Assembly (NCBI GenBank): GCA_038100275.1
Contig: JAYNVD010000005.1
Location: 3,924-67,923, forward strand
Length of the DNA stretch: 64,000 nt
Direction: 5' to 3'
Source: Ilumatobacteraceae bacterium
GTDB lineage: Bacteria; Actinomycetota; Acidimicrobiia; Acidimicrobiales; Ilumatobacteraceae
Below are positions 33,632 to 41,618 of the stretch, one piece after another. The position numbers and the translations under genes are program-made. Within the stretch, counting starts at the first letter, position 1, and the number at the start of each line of letters is the position of its first letter. A model generated the notes under the pieces. The model was not told where the DNA came from, did no database searches, and was given only the letters and a program-made list of their open reading frames with translations.

Positions 33632-34627
33632 GTGAGCGAACTACGACTCAACCAACTCACCGGCCGCTGGGTCACAATTGTTCCGGGCCGCGCACAACGC
33701 CCAACCGATTTCGCACCACGGACCACCGTCATCGACGGCCCAGAAGACCGGCCATGCCCGTTCTGCCCAGGCAACGAGGAGGCAACTCCTCCGGCACTCG
33801 AGACAATCGACAAGACCGGTGCGTGGAACATTCGGGTGGTTCCCAACCTCTACCCGGCGTTCACCGGCGACGATGGCTTCGCAGTTCATAACGACGGACC
33901 AATCCACGTAACTGCTGAGGGCACTGGCTTGCATGAGGTCTTCGTGTACAGCCCAGACCACAAGTCAAATCTTGGTGATCTTGACGATGATGCCGCCGAG
34001 CAATTCATGGACGCTCTTCGTCGACGTTTTGAAGCCCATTCCGATATGCCGCATATCCGCTACACCCAAGCCATCGTGAACCATGGACGCGAAGCTGGTG
34101 CCTCACTCGCTCACCCTCACGGGCAGCTCATGGGCTTGCCATTCGTTCCGGGTGAAATGCTTGAAGAAGAGCGTGCCTTTGCCCGCTTTGCAGGTGGTTG
34201 CGTGGCCTGCACCACGATCGAGGCTGAGCGTTCAACTGAAGATCGTGTTGTCTTCGAAAACGATGCGGTGCTTGTTGTCTGCCCGTATTGGAGCGGCACC
34301 CCATACGAGTTGCTCATCCTTCCAAAACAGCATCATGCGCACCTCCAGGACACGACATCAACAGACCTTGCTGGAATTGGCAGAAGCTTGCGGGATGCAA
34401 TGAAGGTCTTGAGTTCAACCCTTGGCGACGTCGCATACAACGTTGGGTTCCACAGCGCTCCACACCAGCACGACGGCGAGTATCACTGGCACATTCATAT
34501 TTGGCCGAACCTCGTCACTCAAGCAGGCTTCGAACGCGGAACCGGTGTGATGATCAATGTTGTGCCACCCGAAGCTGCTGCTTCAGCCCTTCGTGACACA
34601 GTCACAACCCTGACGCTGAGCAGTTAA
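33632..34627 (+). CDS. galT: Galactose-1-phosphate uridylyltransferase family (HIT-like GalT)
   Basis: 331 aa. Zn-site CPFCPGNE and active site AHPHGQL (HxHxQ). No galK or galE is adjacent. Confidence 0.82.
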   Translation: MSELRLNQLTGRWVTIVPGRAQRPTDFAPRTTVIDGPEDRPCPFCPGNEEATPPALETIDKTGAWNIRVVPNLYPAFTGDDGFAVHNDGPIHVTAEGTGLHEVFVYSPDHKSNLGDLDDDAAEQFMDALRRRFEAHSDMPHIRYTQAIVNHGREAGASLAHPHGQLMGLPFVPGEMLEEERAFARFAGGCVACTTIEAERSTEDRVVFENDAVLVVCPYWSGTPYELLILPKQHHAHLQDTTSTDLAGIGRSLRDAMKVLSSTLGDVAYNVGFHSAPHQHDGEYHWHIHIWPNLVTQAGFERGTGVMINVVPPEAAASALRDTVTTLTLSS

Positions 34628-34634
34628 GCGTTCT

Positions 34635-34946
34635 TCAGGCGGCGATTCCGGCTGCGCGAACGAGCGCAGTCACTGCTGCCCCGGTGACGATCACTACGAC
34701 GAGCGGAGCCCGTCTTGCCGCCACAAGAATTGCCGCAGCAACGCCGATCGCGCGGGCGTCGAACACCATGCCGTCATCACCGCCAAAAGTTGAGTTTACG
34801 ATCAACGCCGACACCAGCGCAGCAGGAATCAGACCGAGACAACGGTCAACCACTGCTGGAAGCTCACGGCCTCCGATTATGACGAGCCCGGTGACTTTAA
34901 AGACATATGCGATCGTCGAGAGGGCGAGAACTAGCGTCCATGTCAT
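34635..34946 (-). CDS. azlD: Branched-chain amino acid transport protein AzlD
   Basis: Only the last 103 codons (from ATG 34946, MTWTLVLALSTIAYVFKVTGL..) of track ORF 34635..35564 are protein-like. The remainder is an alternate frame of azlC. ATGA overlap with the azlC stop. Confidence 0.8.
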   Translation of the reverse strand: MTWTLVLALSTIAYVFKVTGLVIIGGRELPAVVDRCLGLIPAALVSALIVNSTFGGDDGMVFDARAIGVAAAILVAARRAPLVVVIVTGAAVTALVRAAGIAA

Positions 34947-35617
34947 GGCTTCTTCACCCCCACAAGCACGCCAACGGATGCGCACAGAATTGGCACACCA
35001 GCCGGCAAGAACGGCATGGTGACAGCACAAGCAACTGCGCCAATCGCTGCCGCACGGCGCCCATTTCTGTGCCGTAGATGCGGAATCACCATCGCAACAA
35101 ACCCTGCAGGAAATGCCGCATCGAGACCGAACTGCTCTGGATCGATCGCGTTTCCTGCAAGAGCGCCAATCAGAGTTCCAAGATTCCAGAACACATAGAC
35201 CGATCCCCCGGTCCACCAGAATGCGGACCGTGCGGCCTGAGGATGCTCCTGGGCTGTTGACATTGCTGTCGATTCGTCGATCGTGACCTGCGCAGCAACC
35301 AATCGTGACAGCAATGGTCCTTGCAGAGTCCGAGACATCGCGAGCCCGTAGACCGCGTTTCTCGCGGCAAGCAGCGACGCTCCTCCGAGGGCGGTGGCGG
35401 TCGAGCCGCCTGCAGCAATTACGCTCACTGCCGAGAACTGCGATGCGCCGGTGAACACGAGCAGCGACATCACGCAGGTCATCGCAACCGAGCCACCTGC
35501 GGCAACTGAACCGACACCGAATGCAATTCCGAATACGCCCACTGCTGCACCAAGAACCGCGCAACTCATCGCAAGTGAACGATCTTCGACTGGTACCTCA
35601 TGTTGGACTTCACTCAT
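34943..35617 (-). CDS. azlC: AzlC-family branched-chain amino acid permease/exporter component
   Basis: Start taken at ATG 35617 (MSEVQHEV..), which forms an ATGA overlap with the glgB stop. Polytopic hydrophobic protein with AzlC-like GVFGIAFGV and FTGASQF blocks. Confidence 0.82.
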   Translation of the reverse strand: MSEVQHEVPVEDRSLAMSCAVLGAAVGVFGIAFGVGSVAAGGSVAMTCVMSLLVFTGASQFSAVSVIAAGGSTATALGGASLLAARNAVYGLAMSRTLQGPLLSRLVAAQVTIDESTAMSTAQEHPQAARSAFWWTGGSVYVFWNLGTLIGALAGNAIDPEQFGLDAAFPAGFVAMVIPHLRHRNGRRAAAIGAVACAVTMPFLPAGVPILCASVGVLVGVKKP

Positions 35618-37509
35618 GGGGTGACCCTCGATAGCCACAGCATCGACAATGGAGGAACGTCAACTGTGACTGATGCTGGGCGACCGTGCCACTCAACAGA
35701 TTCTGCGACTACCGAAACTGCACTGTCTTGGGCCGAGCGATACCCGCTTCCTCCAAAACGAGTCTCATCCGTATCAAGGCACAGCTGCCATGACGATCGG
35801 TCTGGGACACCAACGCGAAAGAACTGTCGCGGAACCGGCGTCCAGTTTGCGATGACAAGCAGTTCATCGTTGTGCTCCGGCGATCGACGAATAAATGTGT
35901 AGACCGAATCTTCTGCGTTCTGGTCGTCGACCCACTGGAAACCATCGGGCTCTCGATCAAGTCGCCACAGCGATGCATGTTCGTCTGAAAGGGCGTTCAG
36001 AGTGCCGACAAGTTCGCACATCGCTGCATGCGGGGCATGGTCTCGAAGCCACCACTCAACTCCGCGGACATCGTTCCATTCAGACCACGGAGCAAATTCA
36101 GACCCCATGAACAGCACTGGTGGCCCCGGCATTGCCCACTGCCACCCGAAGGTAAGGCGAAGGGTTGCAAACTTTTGCCAGTCATCTCCTGACATTCGAG
36201 CCAACAAACTTCCTTTACCGTGCACGACTTCGTCATGACTGAGCGGTAAGACGTAGCGCTCGCCATACGTGTAGAGCATGTTGAATGAAAGTTCTGAATG
36301 GTGGTATCGCCGATGCACAGCCTCGCGATGCGCATAGTTCAGCGTGTCGTGCATCCACCCCATGTTCCACTTGTGGCTGAAACCGAGCCCGCCCGAATCG
36401 GCTGGATGTGTTACTCCCGGCCATGCAGTTGATTCCTCTGCAATCATCAGCACATCGCCAAACTCTGCCCCTATCACTGTGTTGAGCTCTTGCAGGAAGG
36501 CAACATTGTCGAGGTTCTCATTTCCTCCGTGCTCATTCGGCAACCACTCTCCATCCTCTCGGGAGTAATCGAGGTAGAGCATGGATGCGACCGCATCGAC
36601 GCGGAGCCCATCAACGTGAAATTCATGTAGCCAATACAGGGCGTTGTTCACAAGAAAATTTCGAACCTCGGTTCTACCCGTATTGAAGATGAACGTACCC
36701 CAATCGGGGTGTTCGCCACGCCGCGGGTCGTCATGTTCATACAACGCGGTGCCGTCGAATCGACCCAACGACCACGAGTCTTTTGCAAAGTGCGCCGGGA
36801 CCCAATCCACGATGACACCGATGCCAGCTTCGTGGAGTCGATTAATCAATCTGCGCAGGCCGTCAGCGTCACCGAGGCGCGCTGTTGGAGCGAAGAACCC
36901 CGTTACCTGGTACCCCCACGATCCGCCGAACGGGTGCTCCGCAACCGGCAGGAACTCGACATGGGTGAATCCCAGTTGCTGGACATGTTCGATGAGAGGT
37001 CCGCAGATGTCATCCCACGATGTGAGATCAGGCCTCCACGACATTGCGTGAACCTCATACACACGCATCGGCTTTTCACCGGCCAACACTCCAGAGCGAC
37101 TACGCATCCATTCGTCATCAGTCCACGCAAACGGCAGCCCGTCATCAGGAATGATCGACGCGTCGCTGGGAGGCAGTTCGCTTCGCCGCGCCATTGGATC
37201 GGCTTTCATCACTTCTCGCCCGTGGGCTCCCGTCACACGAAACTTGTAGAACTGTCCGGGCACAGCACTCTCAACGACTCCAGCCCACACACCTGAAGAG
37301 TTGACCGGACGCAACTCATCGCCACTCCAACCGTTCCAATCCCCCAGAACTTCCACCCGTTGGGCATTCGGCGCCCAGACTGCGAACCGTATGCCGTTTT
37401 CTGTTCGCTGTGGACCAAGCATTTCCCACAGACGACGGTGCGTGCCTTCATTAAAGAGATGAAGATCGATATCGCCCGGTACGGGTTCGACAAGTCGGGC
37501 GCGGGTCAC
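35614..37509 (-). CDS. glgB: 1,4-alpha-glucan branching enzyme (short form)
   Basis: 631 aa. GH13 regions GVIVDWVPAHF, DGLRVDAVASMLY, IAEESTAWPGV and LPLSHDEVVHGK. Confidence 0.93.
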   Translation of the reverse strand: MTRARLVEPVPGDIDLHLFNEGTHRRLWEMLGPQRTENGIRFAVWAPNAQRVEVLGDWNGWSGDELRPVNSSGVWAGVVESAVPGQFYKFRVTGAHGREVMKADPMARRSELPPSDASIIPDDGLPFAWTDDEWMRSRSGVLAGEKPMRVYEVHAMSWRPDLTSWDDICGPLIEHVQQLGFTHVEFLPVAEHPFGGSWGYQVTGFFAPTARLGDADGLRRLINRLHEAGIGVIVDWVPAHFAKDSWSLGRFDGTALYEHDDPRRGEHPDWGTFIFNTGRTEVRNFLVNNALYWLHEFHVDGLRVDAVASMLYLDYSREDGEWLPNEHGGNENLDNVAFLQELNTVIGAEFGDVLMIAEESTAWPGVTHPADSGGLGFSHKWNMGWMHDTLNYAHREAVHRRYHHSELSFNMLYTYGERYVLPLSHDEVVHGKGSLLARMSGDDWQKFATLRLTFGWQWAMPGPPVLFMGSEFAPWSEWNDVRGVEWWLRDHAPHAAMCELVGTLNALSDEHASLWRLDREPDGFQWVDDQNAEDSVYTFIRRSPEHNDELLVIANWTPVPRQFFRVGVPDRSSWQLCLDTDETRFGGSGYRSAQDSAVSVVAESVEWHGRPASVTVDVPPLSMLWLSRVTP

Positions 37510-37533
37510 CCCTAAAGACTATGGTGCGCGCTA

Positions 37534-38691
37534 GTGCGCATACTCATGTTCTCTTGGGAAACTCCTCCGGCGACGTCAGGTGGGAGGGCCGCGCACGTCG
37601 ATGGCCTTGCTCACGCGCTAGCCGATGAAGGCCACGAAGTTGTTGTCATCACCCGACGAACAAGTGGCACTTCACGATTCACAGAATCCGGTTCGTTGCG
37701 AATACTCCGTGCCGATGTCGATCTTCCGTGGCTTCCCGATCGGGTAATTGCCCGGATTGCATCAGCGAATCATGCCTTTGTAATGGCTGCAGCAGATCTC
37801 GGCGACTGGCGCGCCGATGTTGTTCACGCCCACGACTGGGAAGTCGCATGGGCAGCGCAAGTACTTGCCCGTCAAAATTCCTGTCCGCTCGTCACCACCT
37901 TTCACGGCACAGAGCGCAGCCGCCACGGCGGCCATGTTCCGCCGGGTATTCCTACTGACATCAACGGAATTGAGTGGTGGCTTGCATCAGCCTCGCGCCG
38001 AGTCATCACCATCTCGAAAATTCTTGGTCGGCAAGTCACCTCTGATTTCGAACTTGACCCGAGCGCCGTGAGGAGTGTGCGAGGCGGTATCGATCAAACC
38101 TGGTGGGCCGCTCCCCAACCCGACATCGATGAGCAGCCCGACGAGAACTTGATATTTGCCTGGGGCCGCGTTCAATACGAAAAAGGCTTTCACGTCCTCG
38201 CTGCGGCGATGGCAGAACTGCGGTCAGGCCACCCAAATGCCCATTGCGTCATCGCAGGTCGTGGTTCATACCTTGCCGAACTGCAATCACAGATTGATGT
38301 CATCGGAGTAAGCGACCTCGTAGACCTACCTGGCTACATCTCCGACAACGAACTCCGTTCGTCCCTTCACCGATCGGCGTGTGTCGTCATCCCCTCTCTC
38401 TACGAACCGTTCGGCGTCATTGCGCTTGAGGCGCTCGCTGGAGGGTCACCGTTGGTGATTGCAGATACCGGAGGGCTTTCTGAAATTGTTGCTGGCACCA
38501 ATGCAGCATTGACCTTCGAACCTGGCAACACAAGCCAATTAGCTGAGCGAATCGATGCGGTTCTCAGCGATCGCAACCTCGCTGAGTCGCTCAGCGAACA
38601 TGGACGAATGCTCATTGAACAGTCGTATTCATGGACCGCAATCGCCGCTCGAATGATGGACTGTTATCTCGATGCGCTCGGTGTGAGCTAG
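37534..38691 (+). CDS. GT4-family glycosyltransferase, actinobacterial glycogen-synthase-like (GlgA/GlgM type)
   Basis: 385 aa. N-terminus MRILMFSWETPP..SGGRAAHVDGLAHALADEGHEV and C-terminal YEPFGVIALEALAGGSPLV. Divergent from glgB. Confidence 0.75.
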   Translation: MRILMFSWETPPATSGGRAAHVDGLAHALADEGHEVVVITRRTSGTSRFTESGSLRILRADVDLPWLPDRVIARIASANHAFVMAAADLGDWRADVVHAHDWEVAWAAQVLARQNSCPLVTTFHGTERSRHGGHVPPGIPTDINGIEWWLASASRRVITISKILGRQVTSDFELDPSAVRSVRGGIDQTWWAAPQPDIDEQPDENLIFAWGRVQYEKGFHVLAAAMAELRSGHPNAHCVIAGRGSYLAELQSQIDVIGVSDLVDLPGYISDNELRSSLHRSACVVIPSLYEPFGVIALEALAGGSPLVIADTGGLSEIVAGTNAALTFEPGNTSQLAERIDAVLSDRNLAESLSEHGRMLIEQSYSWTAIAARMMDCYLDALGVS

Positions 38692-38713
38692 CCAAATCGG
38701 CAATGCTTGAGGT

Positions 38714-39493
38714 ATGTCATCTGAATCAGTGATCAATCTCGAACGTCGCGATGATGGTGTTGCCATCATCACACTTACCAACGGCAAGGTAAACCCGCTC
38801 TCCACCGCCGTGCTCGACGGGCTGCACGCCATTGCGAATGAGCTTGCAGCGGATTTACCAGGAGCGATCATTGTCACCGGTGGTGAACGGATCTTTGCTG
38901 CAGGTGCAGATATCTCTGAATTTGGTGGCCCAGAAGAGGGTGCTGCAATCACTCGAAAATTTCACGATGCTCTCGGAGCCCTCTCGGCTCTTCCACGAAT
39001 GGTGATCGCTGAAGTTGCTGGCTATGCCCTAGGGGGTGGATGCGAACTTGCCATGGCGTGCGATTACCGCATCGCTTCGACGAAAGCCGTCTTCGGCCAG
39101 CCGGAAATCCTGCTCGGAATCATCCCAGGAGGTGGCGGAACACAACGCCTTCCGCGCATCGTCGGTGCAAGTCGAGCGAAGGAAATCTCCCTGTCGGGCC
39201 GCCAGGTGGCTGCTGATGAGGCGCTGCGTATCGGTCTTGCCGACGAGGTCGTTGAGCATGAAGCGCTGCGTGACCGAACGCTTGAACTCGCATCGAGCCT
39301 TGCGAAGGGGGCACTTGTCGCGCAGGGTCTCACGAAAGAAGCGATCGACCGTGGAATGTCGATGTCGCTCGAGGAAGGACTCGCAGTCGAGCGTCACGTG
39401 TTTACCGAAGTCTTCCGCTCCGAGGATTCCCAAATCGGCGTCAAGAGCTTCCTGGAGAACGGCCCAGGCAAAGCTGAGTTCGTCGGTCGTTAA
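38714..39493 (+). CDS. Enoyl-CoA hydratase/isomerase (crotonase family)
   Basis: 259 aa. FAAGADISEF and GYALGGGCELAMACDYRIAS blocks. Confidence 0.88.
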   Translation: MSSESVINLERRDDGVAIITLTNGKVNPLSTAVLDGLHAIANELAADLPGAIIVTGGERIFAAGADISEFGGPEEGAAITRKFHDALGALSALPRMVIAEVAGYALGGGCELAMACDYRIASTKAVFGQPEILLGIIPGGGGTQRLPRIVGASRAKEISLSGRQVAADEALRIGLADEVVEHEALRDRTLELASSLAKGALVAQGLTKEAIDRGMSMSLEEGLAVERHVFTEVFRSEDSQIGVKSFLENGPGKAEFVGR

Positions 39494-39534
39494 ACGCCTT
39501 CCCGCATCGCCAAGAGGGAAACCTCTCTTGGCGC

Positions 39535-40236
39535 ATGCATGAATTCTTTAGATACTTACGAGACCACGACGGGGTAGCCGCATCGGCTACCGCTCGAAAT
39601 TTTGGTGTCACTTGGCACAAAGAACGACGACTCATCGACCTTGGCGTGCTCGACAAGCCCTTGCATCGCGTGCTGCGTGCAACTGCATTTCCGGAGACCT
39701 GGCGTCAACGCTGCCGCCTCGCCACCATGGGGCCCGGAAATGGAGTTATTTCTCACGCTTCTGCGGTTCGGCTTCATGGACTTGAAGGTTGCGACAACGA
39801 CGACAGAATTCATTTACTCTGCCGCAAAGGGTCATGGCCTGGCTCAACGGGAGAGATCGTCACACATTTCACAAGAGGGCTCTGTGACGATGACATTGTC
39901 AATATAGATGGGATTCCTGTCCTCAATGTTCCAAGCACTCTTGCATTGCTTCGTGCCCACGCATCTGAGACGGCGACAGCAACCGCCCTCATTTCAGCAT
40001 TGAGAAGCGGATGGTCGGTGACCGAAATTCAACAAGTCGCATCTCGGTGGCAGACACGTGGGCGACCTGGGCCTTCGTTCGTGATTGACGCGTTGCAGCG
40101 AGCAACCCGCGAGGCACCATCTCGCGACTACGCGTCCACTGGAGCGAGCATTTCATCTGCCGCTGACCAAGGGTCTCGGCGATGCTCAACAACATCGCTG
40201 GTTACCGCATCCCAGCGATCACCAGTGCAGATCTGA
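39535..40236 (+). CDS. AbiEi_4-like / DUF559-associated N-terminal domain protein, orphan and apparently C-terminally degraded (possible pseudogene)
   Basis: 233 aa. The pattern DGV..ISHASAVRLHGL..IHLLC..THFTRGL..DDIVNIDGIPVLNVPSTLALL matches the winged-helix plus AbiEi_4 layout common in actinobacteria. The last ~36 codons are low-quality sequence antisense to the meaB 3' end (109-nt convergent overlap). Confidence 0.45.
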   Translation: MHEFFRYLRDHDGVAASATARNFGVTWHKERRLIDLGVLDKPLHRVLRATAFPETWRQRCRLATMGPGNGVISHASAVRLHGLEGCDNDDRIHLLCRKGSWPGSTGEIVTHFTRGLCDDDIVNIDGIPVLNVPSTLALLRAHASETATATALISALRSGWSVTEIQQVASRWQTRGRPGPSFVIDALQRATREAPSRDYASTGASISSAADQGSRRCSTTSLVTASQRSPVQI

Positions 40237-41090
40237 CGCGCCCGCTCGCGGAGCCGGTTCGCAACGATCTCGCGCAATTCCTCAGAAGAACGGAACCGAC
40301 GCCGCTCTTCCAGCAAACCAGAACTTTCCGCAAATTTGCGATGCTCGAGCACCGCGTTCCAAAGATCTGGAACACCCTCTCCTGTGCTGGCAACGGTCGA
40401 GACAATGGTCGGCCGCCAGGCATCATGCGGGAGGTCCGAGAGGTCGAGCATCTGCTCAAGGTCTCGACGGGTCTCTTCGACGCCCTTTCGGTCGGCTTTG
40501 TTGATGACGAACACGTCCGCGATCTCCATGAGTCCGGCCTTGTTCGCCTGAACGCTGTCACCCCAACCTGGATTGACGACAACAACGGTTGTGTCAGCCT
40601 TACCAGCTACCTCAACCTCAACCTGTCCGACGCCAACCGTTTCCACCAGAATCCACTTTCGACCCAGAGCATCAAGCAACCTGACAGCTTCAGGTGTTGC
40701 GAGCGACAACCCGCCGAGGTGACCACGTGTCGCCATCGACCGAATAAACACACCTGGGTCGGTGGCATGGTCTTGCATCCGAACTCGGTCGCCAAGAATT
40801 GCTCCACCAGTAAATGGTGAGGAGGGGTCGATTGCGAGCACCGCCACTTCGAGTTCGAGAGAGCGGAGGTGGCCAATCGTTGCACTGGTAAGTGTGCTCT
40901 TTCCCGCCCCGGGCGCACCGGTAAGTCCTACGGTGTAACCGCCACCGCTGAGCGGATATGCGAGTCGACCGACAGCACGACCTGGTTCGCCGCCACGCTC
41001 AATAAGCGAGAGCAGGCGAGCAGTTGCCGCCCGATCACCTTCGGTTGCTGCTGAGAACAGGGCTTCGGGGTCTGCAGCAGCGCGCCCCAT
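40128..41090 (-). CDS. meaB: MeaB/ArgK-type G3E-family GTPase (methylmalonyl-CoA mutase-associated chaperone family)
   Basis: Start moved to ATG 41090 (MGRAAADPEALF..). P-loop GAPGAGKST, ETVGVGQ and NKAD motifs are present. The start overlaps the stop of the Nfu-like gene (TGATG). Confidence 0.88.
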   Translation of the reverse strand: MGRAAADPEALFSAATEGDRAATARLLSLIERGGEPGRAVGRLAYPLSGGGYTVGLTGAPGAGKSTLTSATIGHLRSLELEVAVLAIDPSSPFTGGAILGDRVRMQDHATDPGVFIRSMATRGHLGGLSLATPEAVRLLDALGRKWILVETVGVGQVEVEVAGKADTTVVVVNPGWGDSVQANKAGLMEIADVFVINKADRKGVEETRRDLEQMLDLSDLPHDAWRPTIVSTVASTGEGVPDLWNAVLEHRKFAESSGLLEERRRFRSSEELREIVANRLRERARQICTGDRWDAVTSDVVEHRRDPWSAADEMLAPVDA

Positions 41091-41335
41091 CAGATGACAT
41101 TCTCCGCCGCAGCCACATCGACAACTTCTGTCACGCCATCGACTCGGTCTCGCATGATCCGCTCGATACCGCCCTTCAAGGTTTGTGTCGAGACAGGGCA
41201 TGTGCCACAAGCACCAACGAGGCGAACAGAAACAACACCGGTTTCTTCATCGACTCCAACGAGTTCAACGTCGCCACCGTCTGCTTGAAGTACTGGCCTA
41301 ATGACCTCAATTGTCGCAAGAACTTTTTCCAACAT
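41090..41335 (-). CDS. NifU C-terminal-domain (Nfu-type) Fe-S cluster carrier
   Basis: 81 aa from ATG 41335 (AGGGA 5 nt upstream): MLEKVLATIEVIRPVLQADGGDVELV..GACGTCP (CxxC). Confidence 0.82.
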   Translation of the reverse strand: MLEKVLATIEVIRPVLQADGGDVELVGVDEETGVVSVRLVGACGTCPVSTQTLKGGIERIMRDRVDGVTEVVDVAAAENVI

Positions 41336-41384
41336 GACGTCCCTATTCAACCATTCATGAGGCCAATTACTCCCCTCGTGCGAG

Positions 41385-41618
41385 GTGAACATTGGTGGTA
41401 TCACCTACGCTCACACTGTGATCGCCTTTCTGGACAACGCTGCGAACCTTGTTGCCCACCAGGGCGGCTGGGATGAACTCCTGTTGATCGCAATTCCAAT
41501 TGTGATTGTGATCGGTTTACTTGCGGTCGTGAAACGGCGGGTGGAACGTGCTGCCTCACAATCCCAATCGGCTTCAGATGCCTCAATCTCTGCTGATTCC
41601 GACGCCGATCTCGCGTAG
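41385..41618 (+). CDS. Small membrane protein, hypothetical
   Basis: 77 aa with a GTG start. HQGGWDELLLIAIPIVIVIGLLAVV is followed by a basic stop-transfer and an acidic S-rich tail. The 3' end overlaps the murA 3' end by 36 nt (convergent). Confidence 0.45.
   Translation: MNIGGITYAHTVIAFLDNAANLVAHQGGWDELLLIAIPIVIVIGLLAVVKRRVERAASQSQSASDASISADSDADLA

Noticed and set aside
34947-35564. The upstream two-thirds of the 309-aa track ORF 34635..35564 (Cys/Arg/Ser-rich).
   Set aside because: It is an alternate reading frame of the azlC gene on the same strand, with non-protein-like composition. Only the last 103 codons (azlD, from ATG 34946) look real.
39535-41090. The AbiEi-like gene as part of an AbiE toxin-antitoxin or abortive-infection system.
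   Set aside because: No AbiEii-type nucleotidyltransferase toxin or other defence gene is adjacent. The downstream gene is a convergent housekeeping GTPase, so no functional system can be claimed.
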